The notes under the pieces were generated by a model that saw nothing but the letters and a program-made list of their open reading frames with translations, searched no databases and was not told the origin of the DNA. The position numbers and the translations under genes were made by a program. From positions 27,566-91,565 of the forward strand of contig JAGVBU010000002.1 in NCBI GenBank assembly GCA_020059585.1: DNA of 64,000 bases, written 5' to 3'. This document shows positions 47,249 through 56,778 of the stretch, one piece after another. The stretch's first letter is position 1. Each line of letters begins with the position of its first letter. Source of the DNA: Minisyncoccota bacterium. Lineage in GTDB: Bacteria; Patescibacteriota; Minisyncoccia; UBA6257; GWB1-50-10.

Positions 47249-47800
47249 TTATAATTTTTTCAGCGCGTCGGCGCTCATATGAAGTATGATGGAAAATCCG
47301 ACCTCCTGATTTGAGAATTGAACATTTTCCACGATCGCCTTTTCATCGAATTCAGGAGCCGCGTCAAACACCGCAAGCTGTTCTATAAAATCATCCATCG
47401 ATTTAGCTCCCCCCGAAAGCTCAATAACGCGGTCGACTCCCATAATCTTTGCGCCCGAATAATACACCGTGGGGAGCGTATATTTATCGAGAAAATCGAA
47501 TGATTTGACGATAAACTGGTGCTTTTCAAGCACTGTTCGAAGATTAACAAGCTGGGAATAAAATGAGATGAGATTTTGTTGATCTTCCTGACTTATCTGA
47601 CTCGCGAGTTCCTGTATCTTCTGATCGAGCGTTTCGGAGCGAGAATCAAGATACGACTCATACCCGAACCGGAATCCAAAATATATAAAAAGAGAGAGGC
47701 CGAACACTATTCCCGAAAAAAGAAGTATCCTCCACGGAAGACCCGCAGTATCAATCCCGCGAAATACATCTCCTCCGTTTTGTTGTGTGGGTGATGCCAT
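47249..47800 (-). CDS. pilN: PilN-like protein
   Basis: TM plus coiled coil; lies between pilM and pilO. Confidence 0.68.
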   Translation of the reverse strand: MASPTQQNGGDVFRGIDTAGLPWRILLFSGIVFGLSLFIYFGFRFGYESYLDSRSETLDQKIQELASQISQEDQQNLISFYSQLVNLRTVLEKHQFIVKSFDFLDKYTLPTVYYSGAKIMGVDRVIELSGGAKSMDDFIEQLAVFDAAPEFDEKAIVENVQFSNQEVGFSIILHMSADALKKL

Positions 47801-47806
47801 AATAAT

Positions 47807-48907
47807 TTATGAAAAATATCTCCGCGCGAGCCCAAGCGCAAGAGCAAATTCGTTCTCAAGCGATTTCACTGCCGGCTCAAGCCTTTCCGGATATCGCATT
47901 CCCATAAACGCGGAATGATGTGATGCTGTGAGCCCCGTCTGTGCCGCGAAATGCTTTTCGATTCCCGTAAGATTCGCTCCTCCGCCGACGAGCATGAATT
48001 TTTCTATCTTCTTTCCGTACCGCCGCTCATATACATCCTTCGCATGCCTCGTTTCCTGTATTATAACATCTAAAAACGGAAGAAGTAATGTTGATAACTC
48101 CGAATCGGCGCCGAGAGAGGAAAGCCCTCTGCGACACTTTAACTCCTCCGCCCGTATCATGCTTATATCAAGGCTCCGCGCAAGCGCCTGCGTGAGATAA
48201 ATACCGCTATAATCCGTCTGTTCTATCTGCCGGATTGTTCCTTTTTCCACCACCGCAATGTCCGTTGACTGCGCACCTATGTCCACAAGAAGCGTAGGCG
48301 CTTCGGAAAAAAACTTTCCAAGCGCGCGAAGAAGCGCAAATTGTTCTATTTCCATTCCCACGATTTTCAATCCAGCGTCTTTGTATATTTTCTTATATCG
48401 CGCGATTACATCATTTGGAATTCCCACAAGAAATACTCTCTGAAATTTCTGCCCCTGTCCCCCGTCATATTGTTCCATAGGGAACCACTCCACGGAGACC
48501 TCCTTTATCGGCATCGGAATATACTGTTGCGCTTGGAATATGATGCTCCGCGCCATTTCGTCGGGAGAAAGAAGGGGCATATCAAGCACCGTGGTAAAAC
48601 TTGTGAACGCGGGGATCGAACACACCACGAGATTTGTTTTCGGCCTCATTTCTTTCATTAATACGCGAAGAATTTCCGAGGTTTCTTTTTCTGAAATTTT
48701 CAGCGAACTCGTCTGTATCGCTTGATTGGGAAAATAGAGATATTTTTTCGTTCCCAGTATCCCGTAATTCGCGAGTGAAAATACCTCGCCGTCGCGCGTA
48801 ATCTCGACCGCCTTTATGGACACGGTGCCTATGTCAACGCCGAGTACGGTACCTCCTTTGAAAAAATTCCCCACATCTCGGAAAAACTCAAGAAAATTCA
48901 GCTTCAT
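47807..48907 (-). CDS. pilM: Type IV pilus assembly protein PilM
   Basis: GVDIGTVSIK, QYIP.P, VDIGA.ST, L.GGGA, ALGLA. Confidence 0.92.
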   Translation of the reverse strand: MKLNFLEFFRDVGNFFKGGTVLGVDIGTVSIKAVEITRDGEVFSLANYGILGTKKYLYFPNQAIQTSSLKISEKETSEILRVLMKEMRPKTNLVVCSIPAFTSFTTVLDMPLLSPDEMARSIIFQAQQYIPMPIKEVSVEWFPMEQYDGGQGQKFQRVFLVGIPNDVIARYKKIYKDAGLKIVGMEIEQFALLRALGKFFSEAPTLLVDIGAQSTDIAVVEKGTIRQIEQTDYSGIYLTQALARSLDISMIRAEELKCRRGLSSLGADSELSTLLLPFLDVIIQETRHAKDVYERRYGKKIEKFMLVGGGANLTGIEKHFAAQTGLTASHHSAFMGMRYPERLEPAVKSLENEFALALGLARRYFS

Positions 48908-48964
48908 TTCCTTTCATTATACCCTACTGACGCAAAAAATTCACCGCTCGTATACAATAAGTGT

Positions 48965-49678
48965 ATGCATCGGTTCCTCTCATATCTCATTGATATGATT
49001 ATCCCCCCTCAATGCGCGATATGCCACGCGCCTGTCTCTACGAACTTTTTTCCCGCGTGCGATGCGTGTATTTCATCTTTCGTAGCGCACGACTTCTTGT
49101 TCTGTCCTCAATGCGGAAATAGGATTATCACTCTATCGTCTCCCTGCCATAAAAATGCCGGCTATATCCTTGGCGCGGCTACCTTGTTTTCGTTTCCCGC
49201 GGCACAGACCCTTATTCACGCGCTCAAATATAAACATGAAGAGTACGCGTCCGCGGTAATAGGAAAGATCCTTGCGGAATATTTTCTCCGTACATGCCCC
49301 GAATTCATATCCGATTCGTGCATTATTGTTCCTGTTCCCACGTCAAAAACACATCTGAGAAAACGCGGATACAATCAGGCGGAACGTATCGCGCGCGCGT
49401 TCGCGCGCAACGCGGGACTCCACCAATCTGCCGTGCGCGATCACCTCATTAAAAAAATTCGAACCACGCGATCGCAGACCGAATGCGCTACCGTGCGCGA
49501 GCGCGCGGAAAATATCAAGGATAGTTTTGCGATAAATCCGAACGAAGAAATCCGCGGAAAAGATATCATTATTATTGACGATGTGCATACCACCGGCGCC
49601 ACAATGCGGGAATTGGCGCGCATTCTGAATACGCACAGCGCGAGGAAAATCCTCGCGCTTGTATTTGCAAAAACCTAA
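48965..49678 (+). CDS. comF: Competence protein ComF (zinc ribbon plus phosphoribosyltransferase)
   Basis: CxxC motifs, LKY, RGYNQA, IIDDVHTTGAT. Confidence 0.92.
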   Translation: MHRFLSYLIDMIIPPQCAICHAPVSTNFFPACDACISSFVAHDFLFCPQCGNRIITLSSPCHKNAGYILGAATLFSFPAAQTLIHALKYKHEEYASAVIGKILAEYFLRTCPEFISDSCIIVPVPTSKTHLRKRGYNQAERIARAFARNAGLHQSAVRDHLIKKIRTTRSQTECATVRERAENIKDSFAINPNEEIRGKDIIIIDDVHTTGATMRELARILNTHSARKILALVFAKT

Positions 49679-49693
49679 TTTTCTCGGAAAACT

Positions 49694-52600
49694 CTATCGT
49701 TCCTGATATATCTGTCCTCCTCGTCCCACGTCGCGGCAATCTGAGTTCACCTTACATTGCTGTTCGGATTCTTCTATCTCGGGAACATTTCCTATGATAC
49801 GCGAAGAACGATATCCCGGAATCTCGTAATCGCAATAACTGTTTCTTGTACACACAGGATGATTTTCAAGGGGCGCGCCGCTTATATCACGGAGCGTTTT
49901 TGTCGCGCCGACAAGATCCCAATCGGTTTTGTCTAATTCACTGTATACAAGACGCACGCGATACACATATACGGTATCTGGTTCAAGATTTATATTATCT
50001 TTGAAAGAAGGAATGGATACCGTGCTGCTTGTCATCGAGAAATATCCGTCGAGATTACTCGGCTGGCTCTGCACTCCGTGCGCCACCTCGGTCTGTTCCG
50101 CGATTATTTCCTCCGCTCTCTTCTCCGCGTATTCCACAACTTTCTCAACGCGTCCCGTGAGTTCGGCTATTTGCGCTTTCATAAATGAATAGAATCCGCT
50201 GATACTCTCCGTGATATTCGCGAACATTCCCCGACGGTCATTTTCTTCAACATTCCCCTCCGCCGCACCGACGCGAAGCGCGCGATAGAGCGTTCCCGAA
50301 ACATCCGCAAGAAACGTTCCCACCTTTTCTCGCGCGTTCCGGACAATTAAAGGAATCTGCTTCACGTCATATACCGCGCTTCCATCACCATCTCCGCCGG
50401 TAAACGAGGCGGTGATACTCTTATTCGCATTCATAACGAAAGCGCACGTTGATGTTCCCGTACACGCGCCGGACCATCCTGTAAACGAGGATCCTCCCCG
50501 TGGCGCGGCAGCGAAGGAAGCGTTTGTGCCCTCCATAATCCACGCGGAACATACCTCTCCGGAAAGATGCTGGTCCGAGCAATTAATTCCACCCGTTCCC
50601 GTCACCGTCCCCAATCCGGAAATGCTCACCGTGACCTGAAACTCCACCGGTTCGAAGTTCGCCTGCGCGGGATCTGCATTTCCCGTGAACGCGCACACGG
50701 GCAAATCGTTTCCTCCGTTACAGGAAACTCCTGACCAATTCAAGAAAGAATAATGGAAATTTTCCGCGGCATTCAAAGTGACGAGTGTCCCGTGGGGAAA
50801 TTCCGCGGTGCATGTTCCCGGACATGATATCGCGCCCGTGCTATCGGATACCGATCCTCCTTCAGAGGGATTTCTTGCCGCCCTCACCACAAAATACGTA
50901 TATCCGCTTCCATTTAATTTCGAAGAATATACCATCTGCCCGTTGTAGGGACCCCCATCATCTATCGTTCGGTACGATTTTACCTCGTATGTATACTGCA
51001 CTCCCGGAGAAAGTGCATCGAGACTCGTTCCGAAACCGGTATCCGTGTAGGTTACCGTTCCTCCCGTCCCCTCGCTTCTCGGCACGCTCGTTGTCGCGAC
51101 GCCATCGGGTCCTCCCGTGCGCTTGATCTCAAAACCATGTTCCCGCGCGGAATTATCAGTCCACGAAATTCTTATTTGAGATCGCGAAAGGGGCGTCACT
51201 ACGATATTCGTGGGCGCGATGGGACGCGTGGTCGTGCTCACAAGCGTTGATTCATCAATGCGCGAATAGGTGTATTTACTGCACGCGATCGGCGGTTTTT
51301 CTGTTCCCCCTCGTTCGAGTTCACTTATCGCGACATATGCCTTTGAAAGATCCACCGTTGAACAGGAGCGGATGCGATAGAAATATGTCGTCGCTTCCAC
51401 TACGGAAGAATCGTTAAACGCAAAATATTTATTCGTATTCGGAGGAAGAGGCGTGATGTCGTTGTGTCCGTATACGTCTATTGTCGTTGATGAGGTGTCA
51501 GACGAGGTAAATTGCGCGCTCGTACTCGTCGTCCGTTCCAATTCGTGATAATAGGGAGTTGATGTGGTGTTATTTTTCCATTCGAGACGTATTACGCTCG
51601 CTGAGGTTGATGTCGCGCTGAACTGCGTGCTTGTCGCGGGCGTCACCTTTATTCGCTGAACTTCAAATGTGTATGGAGATGTGGATGTCGCGTTATCTTT
51701 CCAGTTTACGTAGATAAGATTTGGGGAAACAGCAAACGCTTTCGTTCGCGAAGGAACATCAGAAATATACTTTCCCGCGAATGTACGGCACGGGCCGTAT
51801 ATCCCCGTCGTAGTTGCGAAACCGTTTCCATATGTTGTTTTCAACTGATAGTAATAATCCGTACTTGTCGAAAGCGATGTCTGAAGATAGTCGCCACTTC
51901 CCGTTCCCGTCGTATCTCCAAGCACTCCCGTAAGCGGGCTCGCAGGAACGGGATTGTTCTGCGGCACCGCCGCGAAATAAAGCGTTCTCGTGTGGGGCGC
52001 GTACGAGGGATAGAGCTGAGGTGTCCAATTTCCGTATCGCTCTCTCCATGCAATTCCCATGCTCGTCGCCTCATTCGAGGTGCATTGCAGAATGTCGTAT
52101 GGCGCGCCTACATTCACGCGCGCTGACGCGCGGGCAACGGAACTCGATGCAAAAATGAAATACGATCCCGATGTTCTGTCTGCAGAATAGGTCGCGGGGG
52201 TGCCGACAACGCTTGTCACGTCGGGCGCGATCGTTCCCCACGCCGCGGAACCGCCGCGGACCGCATTATCGCCCAATTCATTCGTGCCCACATACCACGT
52301 CGCGGGGGCGGTTGCGGTAAAATCTACTTTTTCAAAAATCGCGGTGTTTATCGATCCCGAGGGAGCGATGAGTATTCCTCCAGGGGTAAGCGTCCCCGTC
52401 GTAAACGCGAACCATCCCGTTCCCGAAATTCCTCCCCACATAAGTCCTGAGAGATCTTTGTTCACCACGCTTCCGTCACCCGCGCAGTCGACACCCGTCA
52501 TAACCTCCATCGTGCCGAATATTCCATTATCGACGGGCGCAACCGACGTGCTTCCCCCGAAGCAGACGCCGTACCCGTTTCCGCGCAGACTCACCCAGCC

Positions 52601-54253
52601 GTATTCTCCATCCGCGTCGGTGAATTTCGCCCATCCGGAAATCTTCCCTGTCGCCTTATCAAGGCGCGCCTCGCATGCTCCATATCCAGCAGGACATCCC
52701 GAAAGCCCCGATTGCGTGAACGAAAGCCATCCGTATTTATACTTCCCATCAACTCCCGTAGTCGCGCCCCACGCCCTTCCCCAAAGAAGTCCCGAGGGAT
52801 CGCTCACTACCCTGATTCCATCACCCGAAGACGGATTGAAACTCACCCATCCAGTTCCCCCAATATTTCCCGTTGCGGAATCCCTGTGCGCTCCCCACGC
52901 GTATCCGGAAAATTCAAACTCCGCGGTCACGTAACGAAGGTCGACAGACGCCTCGGATGAATAGCTTGAATATGAATATGGCGCGGTTCCTCCGGCGCGC
53001 ACGCGCACCCTGTACTCATAGAGTTTATTCGGAGCGAGAGAAAGCGTATATTCCATCGCGGGAGGATTTCCCGACACAAGATAGGTTGGGGTGCTTGGAA
53101 ACGCGGCACCGTCAATCGCTTCGAAAATTTCTATCGCGCGAGGATTCACGGAGGTATTGTCCTGCCACGAAAGCTTCACAGAAATATTTCCCTGTCCGGT
53201 AATCATCGGATCGAACGAATATGAAGCCGAAAAGGGATTCGGCGCGTTCAATCCGACAGACACCATTGATTTAGCATAATAGGAGATTCCAGTGATTCCA
53301 TTCTGCGTCCGCACCGATCGCACTCTCCAATAGAGCGTCTGGTTTTGTGAAATAATTTCGCTGTATGACGTTCCGTTCACCACGCGGGTGGTGGGAGACG
53401 AGAACGACTGATCTGTCGCGTATTGCAATTCATAACTTCCCGCTTCCGCGGCGGCGTTCCATGAAAAGTCTATCCTCCACGAGGTTCCTTCGGGTGTCGC
53501 TCCCGACTGCAAATTTCCCGGCGTTGCCGGAACGATAATCACTCCCGAGAAAGGAGAGAATTTTGCAATATTTCCATCACTCGACTTCGTAATATCCCCT
53601 ATAAAACATCCCATGTCCGTTTGGAACGATTTCAGCGAAAAATAATGAGGAGTCGAGGTGCTGAAAAAATCCTCATAATAATTCCACACATCCCCCGCAA
53701 GCAGGCTCACGCCATTCGAGTTGGTGGGCGTTCCCGTATCCGAATAATAAACGCGATATCCTCCGTTCCTGAGCGTCAACTGATTCCAATTGATAGTAAG
53801 TTTCGTCCCGTCGCTGTTCCAGCTGTTCCCTCCGATATTCGGCGTGGGAGGCGTCATGACCGCGGGAGTCGTTGCTGATTTTTCCTGATTGCTCCACGGA
53901 GAGTCGGGGCCGATGAGACGCCGCGATTTGACGCGATACGTATAAAGCGTTTCGGGACGCACCACGCTCGAATCCTCGTGCGTGTACGTGACTGAGGAAC
54001 AGTTGGAACTGCACCCGAATCCAAGTCCCCAATCTCCGGAATACGAACCTCCATTTATCTTCCAGCTGATAATGAACTCATCAACGGGTCCTTGCGGTTG
54101 TGTCCACTGAAGTTCGGTCTGACACGCGGACGGCGCGTCGACTCTGTTGAGATTCGGCGCTTGTGGCGTTTGCGCGTGCAGAAAGCGCACCGTAACAAAC
54201 CCGAGACCAAGCGCGAAAAGGAGCGCGAACAAACCTGTAAGAATCTTTCTCAT
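49694..54253 (-). CDS. Very large secreted protein with fibronectin type III and InlB B-repeat-like domains
   Basis: Signal peptide; W.DN...Y.YRV FN3 motifs; GYAWG..GWVSF repeats; F..WSG.C B-repeats; Cys-rich C-terminus. Confidence 0.8.
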   Translation of the reverse strand: MRKILTGLFALLFALGLGFVTVRFLHAQTPQAPNLNRVDAPSACQTELQWTQPQGPVDEFIISWKINGGSYSGDWGLGFGCSSNCSSVTYTHEDSSVVRPETLYTYRVKSRRLIGPDSPWSNQEKSATTPAVMTPPTPNIGGNSWNSDGTKLTINWNQLTLRNGGYRVYYSDTGTPTNSNGVSLLAGDVWNYYEDFFSTSTPHYFSLKSFQTDMGCFIGDITKSSDGNIAKFSPFSGVIIVPATPGNLQSGATPEGTSWRIDFSWNAAAEAGSYELQYATDQSFSSPTTRVVNGTSYSEIISQNQTLYWRVRSVRTQNGITGISYYAKSMVSVGLNAPNPFSASYSFDPMITGQGNISVKLSWQDNTSVNPRAIEIFEAIDGAAFPSTPTYLVSGNPPAMEYTLSLAPNKLYEYRVRVRAGGTAPYSYSSYSSEASVDLRYVTAEFEFSGYAWGAHRDSATGNIGGTGWVSFNPSSGDGIRVVSDPSGLLWGRAWGATTGVDGKYKYGWLSFTQSGLSGCPAGYGACEARLDKATGKISGWAKFTDADGEYGWVSLRGNGYGVCFGGSTSVAPVDNGIFGTMEVMTGVDCAGDGSVVNKDLSGLMWGGISGTGWFAFTTGTLTPGGILIAPSGSINTAIFEKVDFTATAPATWYVGTNELGDNAVRGGSAAWGTIAPDVTSVVGTPATYSADRTSGSYFIFASSSVARASARVNVGAPYDILQCTSNEATSMGIAWRERYGNWTPQLYPSYAPHTRTLYFAAVPQNNPVPASPLTGVLGDTTGTGSGDYLQTSLSTSTDYYYQLKTTYGNGFATTTGIYGPCRTFAGKYISDVPSRTKAFAVSPNLIYVNWKDNATSTSPYTFEVQRIKVTPATSTQFSATSTSASVIRLEWKNNTTSTPYYHELERTTSTSAQFTSSDTSSTTIDVYGHNDITPLPPNTNKYFAFNDSSVVEATTYFYRIRSCSTVDLSKAYVAISELERGGTEKPPIACSKYTYSRIDESTLVSTTTRPIAPTNIVVTPLSRSQIRISWTDNSAREHGFEIKRTGGPDGVATTSVPRSEGTGGTVTYTDTGFGTSLDALSPGVQYTYEVKSYRTIDDGGPYNGQMVYSSKLNGSGYTYFVVRAARNPSEGGSVSDSTGAISCPGTCTAEFPHGTLVTLNAAENFHYSFLNWSGVSCNGGNDLPVCAFTGNADPAQANFEPVEFQVTVSISGLGTVTGTGGINCSDQHLSGEVCSAWIMEGTNASFAAAPRGGSSFTGWSGACTGTSTCAFVMNANKSITASFTGGDGDGSAVYDVKQIPLIVRNAREKVGTFLADVSGTLYRALRVGAAEGNVEENDRRGMFANITESISGFYSFMKAQIAELTGRVEKVVEYAEKRAEEIIAEQTEVAHGVQSQPSNLDGYFSMTSSTVSIPSFKDNINLEPDTVYVYRVRLVYSELDKTDWDLVGATKTLRDISGAPLENHPVCTRNSYCDYEIPGYRSSRIIGNVPEIEESEQQCKVNSDCRDVGRGGQIYQER

Positions 54254-54370
54254 TGAGTTTATTATAGCAAACTAAGAGACAAGATAAACAAAAAACTCCA
54301 CGAGAAAAATTTTTTACTCGGGAGTATGTCTTGTGGTGAGCTTTAAAGACGCTATGCGTTTTCAGAGGAG

Positions 54371-55702
54371 TTAAAACTGGACGGGAATGTACTTAATCGA
54401 AATCGAATCGATAAACTGTTTCTGTCCCGGCCATGGAGGAATAAATATTTTAATATTGCTTATACCGACAGTCACATCATTGTTCCTGCTGAAAAATGTA
54501 TACCAATCACCCGACATAAAACCTCCCGCCCCTCCACCAAGGTCAGAAGACATTTCAGTACTATCTAGAATCTTAAACGATGTCGCTTCATTAGGACCGC
54601 CCCCCGTGTTTACTGTAAATGAGGTGACGATTCCCTTCACCCCAAGATCATGTATTCCTATGCCAAGATTTGAGCGCGATACTGTTTTTGATTCACCATA
54701 TTCAAGATCGGCGACTTTCACCTTTGCCGACGTAATGGTCCCCCCTACCGATATATTCCCTACGCTAAGTGTAGCGGTATCCGTCGGACTCCCGACGTTC
54801 CGCGTCTCGTACACGTAGTTCATTGATCTGTACGTAGGAAATCCCGTGTGCTGCAACAACTCTTCGTGGTAATACCTGCACTCCGCGTTTGTACCGAATA
54901 CATAGAGTTCACCAGAAAGACCGTTCCAAGAGGGACAGTCCGCAAATTCATCGATTCCAGTCATTCCAGCGGTCGGTGCCGATCCGTCCTTGAGCCCGCC
55001 GCCGTAGAACGCACCCGTTCCCTGAGGACATTGCTTATAAAACCTGTTCGTGTCGCATGCAAGAACTTCTCCAATCACATCGGCCTGAGCGGTTCGCACC
55101 AACGCAAATGTATTTTTATGATTTGCCCCAATAGTTCCCGTGTTCCAAAATCCGGTCTGAGTCCCCTGAGTCACATTTGTGATTTTCACATTTCCACCTC
55201 CATATGTGAGAGTTCCGGACTGCATACTCCAATATGAATCTCCCCCTCCGCTTCCCGTCCCCACGTCCTTCCATGCCGTTCCATCATTGAACTGGACTTT
55301 TTTTCCTCCTACGTTATAACGAAGCAGTCCCTCTGTCTCTGAAGATGCGCCCGTTGAACCAACTGGCAAAGAAAGACCCGCGCCATATATTTTAACAATA
55401 TCTTTACTTGAACCGACACCAAATATAATCCGTGAGGTATTATCGACGTTTCCGATCCATGAGTTATTTCCAACTAAAACCGTGTCTCTATATTCAGACG
55501 GAAAACTAATCCTTCCTTCTTTCGATTGATTGGAACTCCCCGTATCAATCGGGATCCCTGTATTCGCATTCGGGAATGAATCGGTCGGAGGCGCCCACTG
55601 GTACTGCTGCGCTCCCACTACCTGAATGAGAGCTCCCAGAATCATGAGTCCGAAGACGGATCCGGCGACGAAGATGAGTTTGTTTTTGAGCTCTTGCTTC
55701 AT
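54371..55702 (-). CDS. Secreted fibre/adhesin-like hypothetical protein
   Basis: Signal peptide, WAPP..SFP..N..PID....Q.K.G N-terminus, EG.LRYN....QFNDG.AW repeat. Confidence 0.65.
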   Translation of the reverse strand: MKQELKNKLIFVAGSVFGLMILGALIQVVGAQQYQWAPPTDSFPNANTGIPIDTGSSNQSKEGRISFPSEYRDTVLVGNNSWIGNVDNTSRIIFGVGSSKDIVKIYGAGLSLPVGSTGASSETEGLLRYNVGGKKVQFNDGTAWKDVGTGSGGGDSYWSMQSGTLTYGGGNVKITNVTQGTQTGFWNTGTIGANHKNTFALVRTAQADVIGEVLACDTNRFYKQCPQGTGAFYGGGLKDGSAPTAGMTGIDEFADCPSWNGLSGELYVFGTNAECRYYHEELLQHTGFPTYRSMNYVYETRNVGSPTDTATLSVGNISVGGTITSAKVKVADLEYGESKTVSRSNLGIGIHDLGVKGIVTSFTVNTGGGPNEATSFKILDSTEMSSDLGGGAGGFMSGDWYTFFSRNNDVTVGISNIKIFIPPWPGQKQFIDSISIKYIPVQF

Positions 55703-55729
55703 ATGAATATTATAGCAGAATACGCATAT

Positions 55730-55759
55730 AAAAAGTCCCGAATTTCTTCGGGACTTTTG
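55730..55759 (-). terminator. Intrinsic terminator
   Basis: aaaagtcccgaatttcttcgggactttt. Confidence 0.8.
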
Positions 55760-55762
55760 AAT

Positions 55763-56659
55763 TTATTTCTGCAGGATCATTTTCTTCGTCTCGGTGTACT
55801 GTCCTGCGGTGAGACGATAAAGATAAATTCCACTCGAGAGACCTGACGCGTCAAATGTGACGGTGTAGGTTCCCGGATACTTTTCTTCGTTTACAAGTGT
55901 TGCAACCTCTCTTCCGAGCATGTCGTATACAGTAATCTGTACATACGCACTACTCAATACTGTATACCTGATACTCGTTGTGGGGTTGAACGGATTGGGA
56001 TAGTTCTGGAAGAGGGAGAACGATTCAGGGAGATTAAACTCATCCTCAATACCGACAATCGTGGTATCTTCGAAAGAATCGATGAGGAAATAGGTTCCAA
56101 ATTCATCGTTCTTGATACCACGAAGAAAATCAAAACCAATTTCCATAAGTCTTATCGGTGTTCCTAATTGATATCGAGGAAAAATCCGCACACGCATGCG
56201 ATCTACCGAATCAGGAAGAGTTCCCTGAAAATAACCCCCTGTTTCCACAATTGTAGGAGCACCTCCCCCCTGAATTCCTGCTGTCGATAAAGAAACAAAA
56301 CCATCGCTGTTTCCCATTGAGAATATATAAGATCCAAACGTATTTGTTCCGTTCGGGATTATAGTCACCTGACCGAAATACCATATAAGTCCCTTTGGCG
56401 TTTCTATCTTCGGAATCATCTTTTCAAACTCGACATATGAGGGTTTTCCGGAATCATACACCTTCAAGCGAAACACCTGATAGTTGTCGCCGTTTGTATC
56501 CTGCGGAACTCCACCCGACGTGATGATTCTCGACGACGCCTCCCATACATTGAGGGTGTCAGCAACATACCATCCGTTTACCGTCCCGTTCTGGATCTGC
56601 CCAAAACTCAAACTTGTGACGAAGAGAAATGCTACGAATGTTAAGAATGCTCTTTTCAT
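55763..56659 (-). CDS. Secreted protein with type IX secretion (Por) type A C-terminal sorting domain
   Basis: LPESFSLFQNYPNPFNPTT.IRY...VYDMLGREVATLVNE...G.Y...FDAS.LSSGIYLYRL....ETKKMIL.K. Confidence 0.88.
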   Translation of the reverse strand: MKRAFLTFVAFLFVTSLSFGQIQNGTVNGWYVADTLNVWEASSRIITSGGVPQDTNGDNYQVFRLKVYDSGKPSYVEFEKMIPKIETPKGLIWYFGQVTIIPNGTNTFGSYIFSMGNSDGFVSLSTAGIQGGGAPTIVETGGYFQGTLPDSVDRMRVRIFPRYQLGTPIRLMEIGFDFLRGIKNDEFGTYFLIDSFEDTTIVGIEDEFNLPESFSLFQNYPNPFNPTTSIRYTVLSSAYVQITVYDMLGREVATLVNEEKYPGTYTVTFDASGLSSGIYLYRLTAGQYTETKKMILQK

Positions 56660-56778
56660 GGCATTCCTCCTTTCATTTATTTATTGATTGTAATTAGTTC
56701 CTTATGCTGCTTTTATTATAGCACACAATGACAAAAAACGCAAGATTATGCGTTTTTTGTCAAGTGCTGCCGCCCTTT

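Noticed and set aside
54371-55702. Shufflon or diversity-generating retroelement target
   Set aside because: No invertase, reverse transcriptase or template/variable repeat pair seen in the window.
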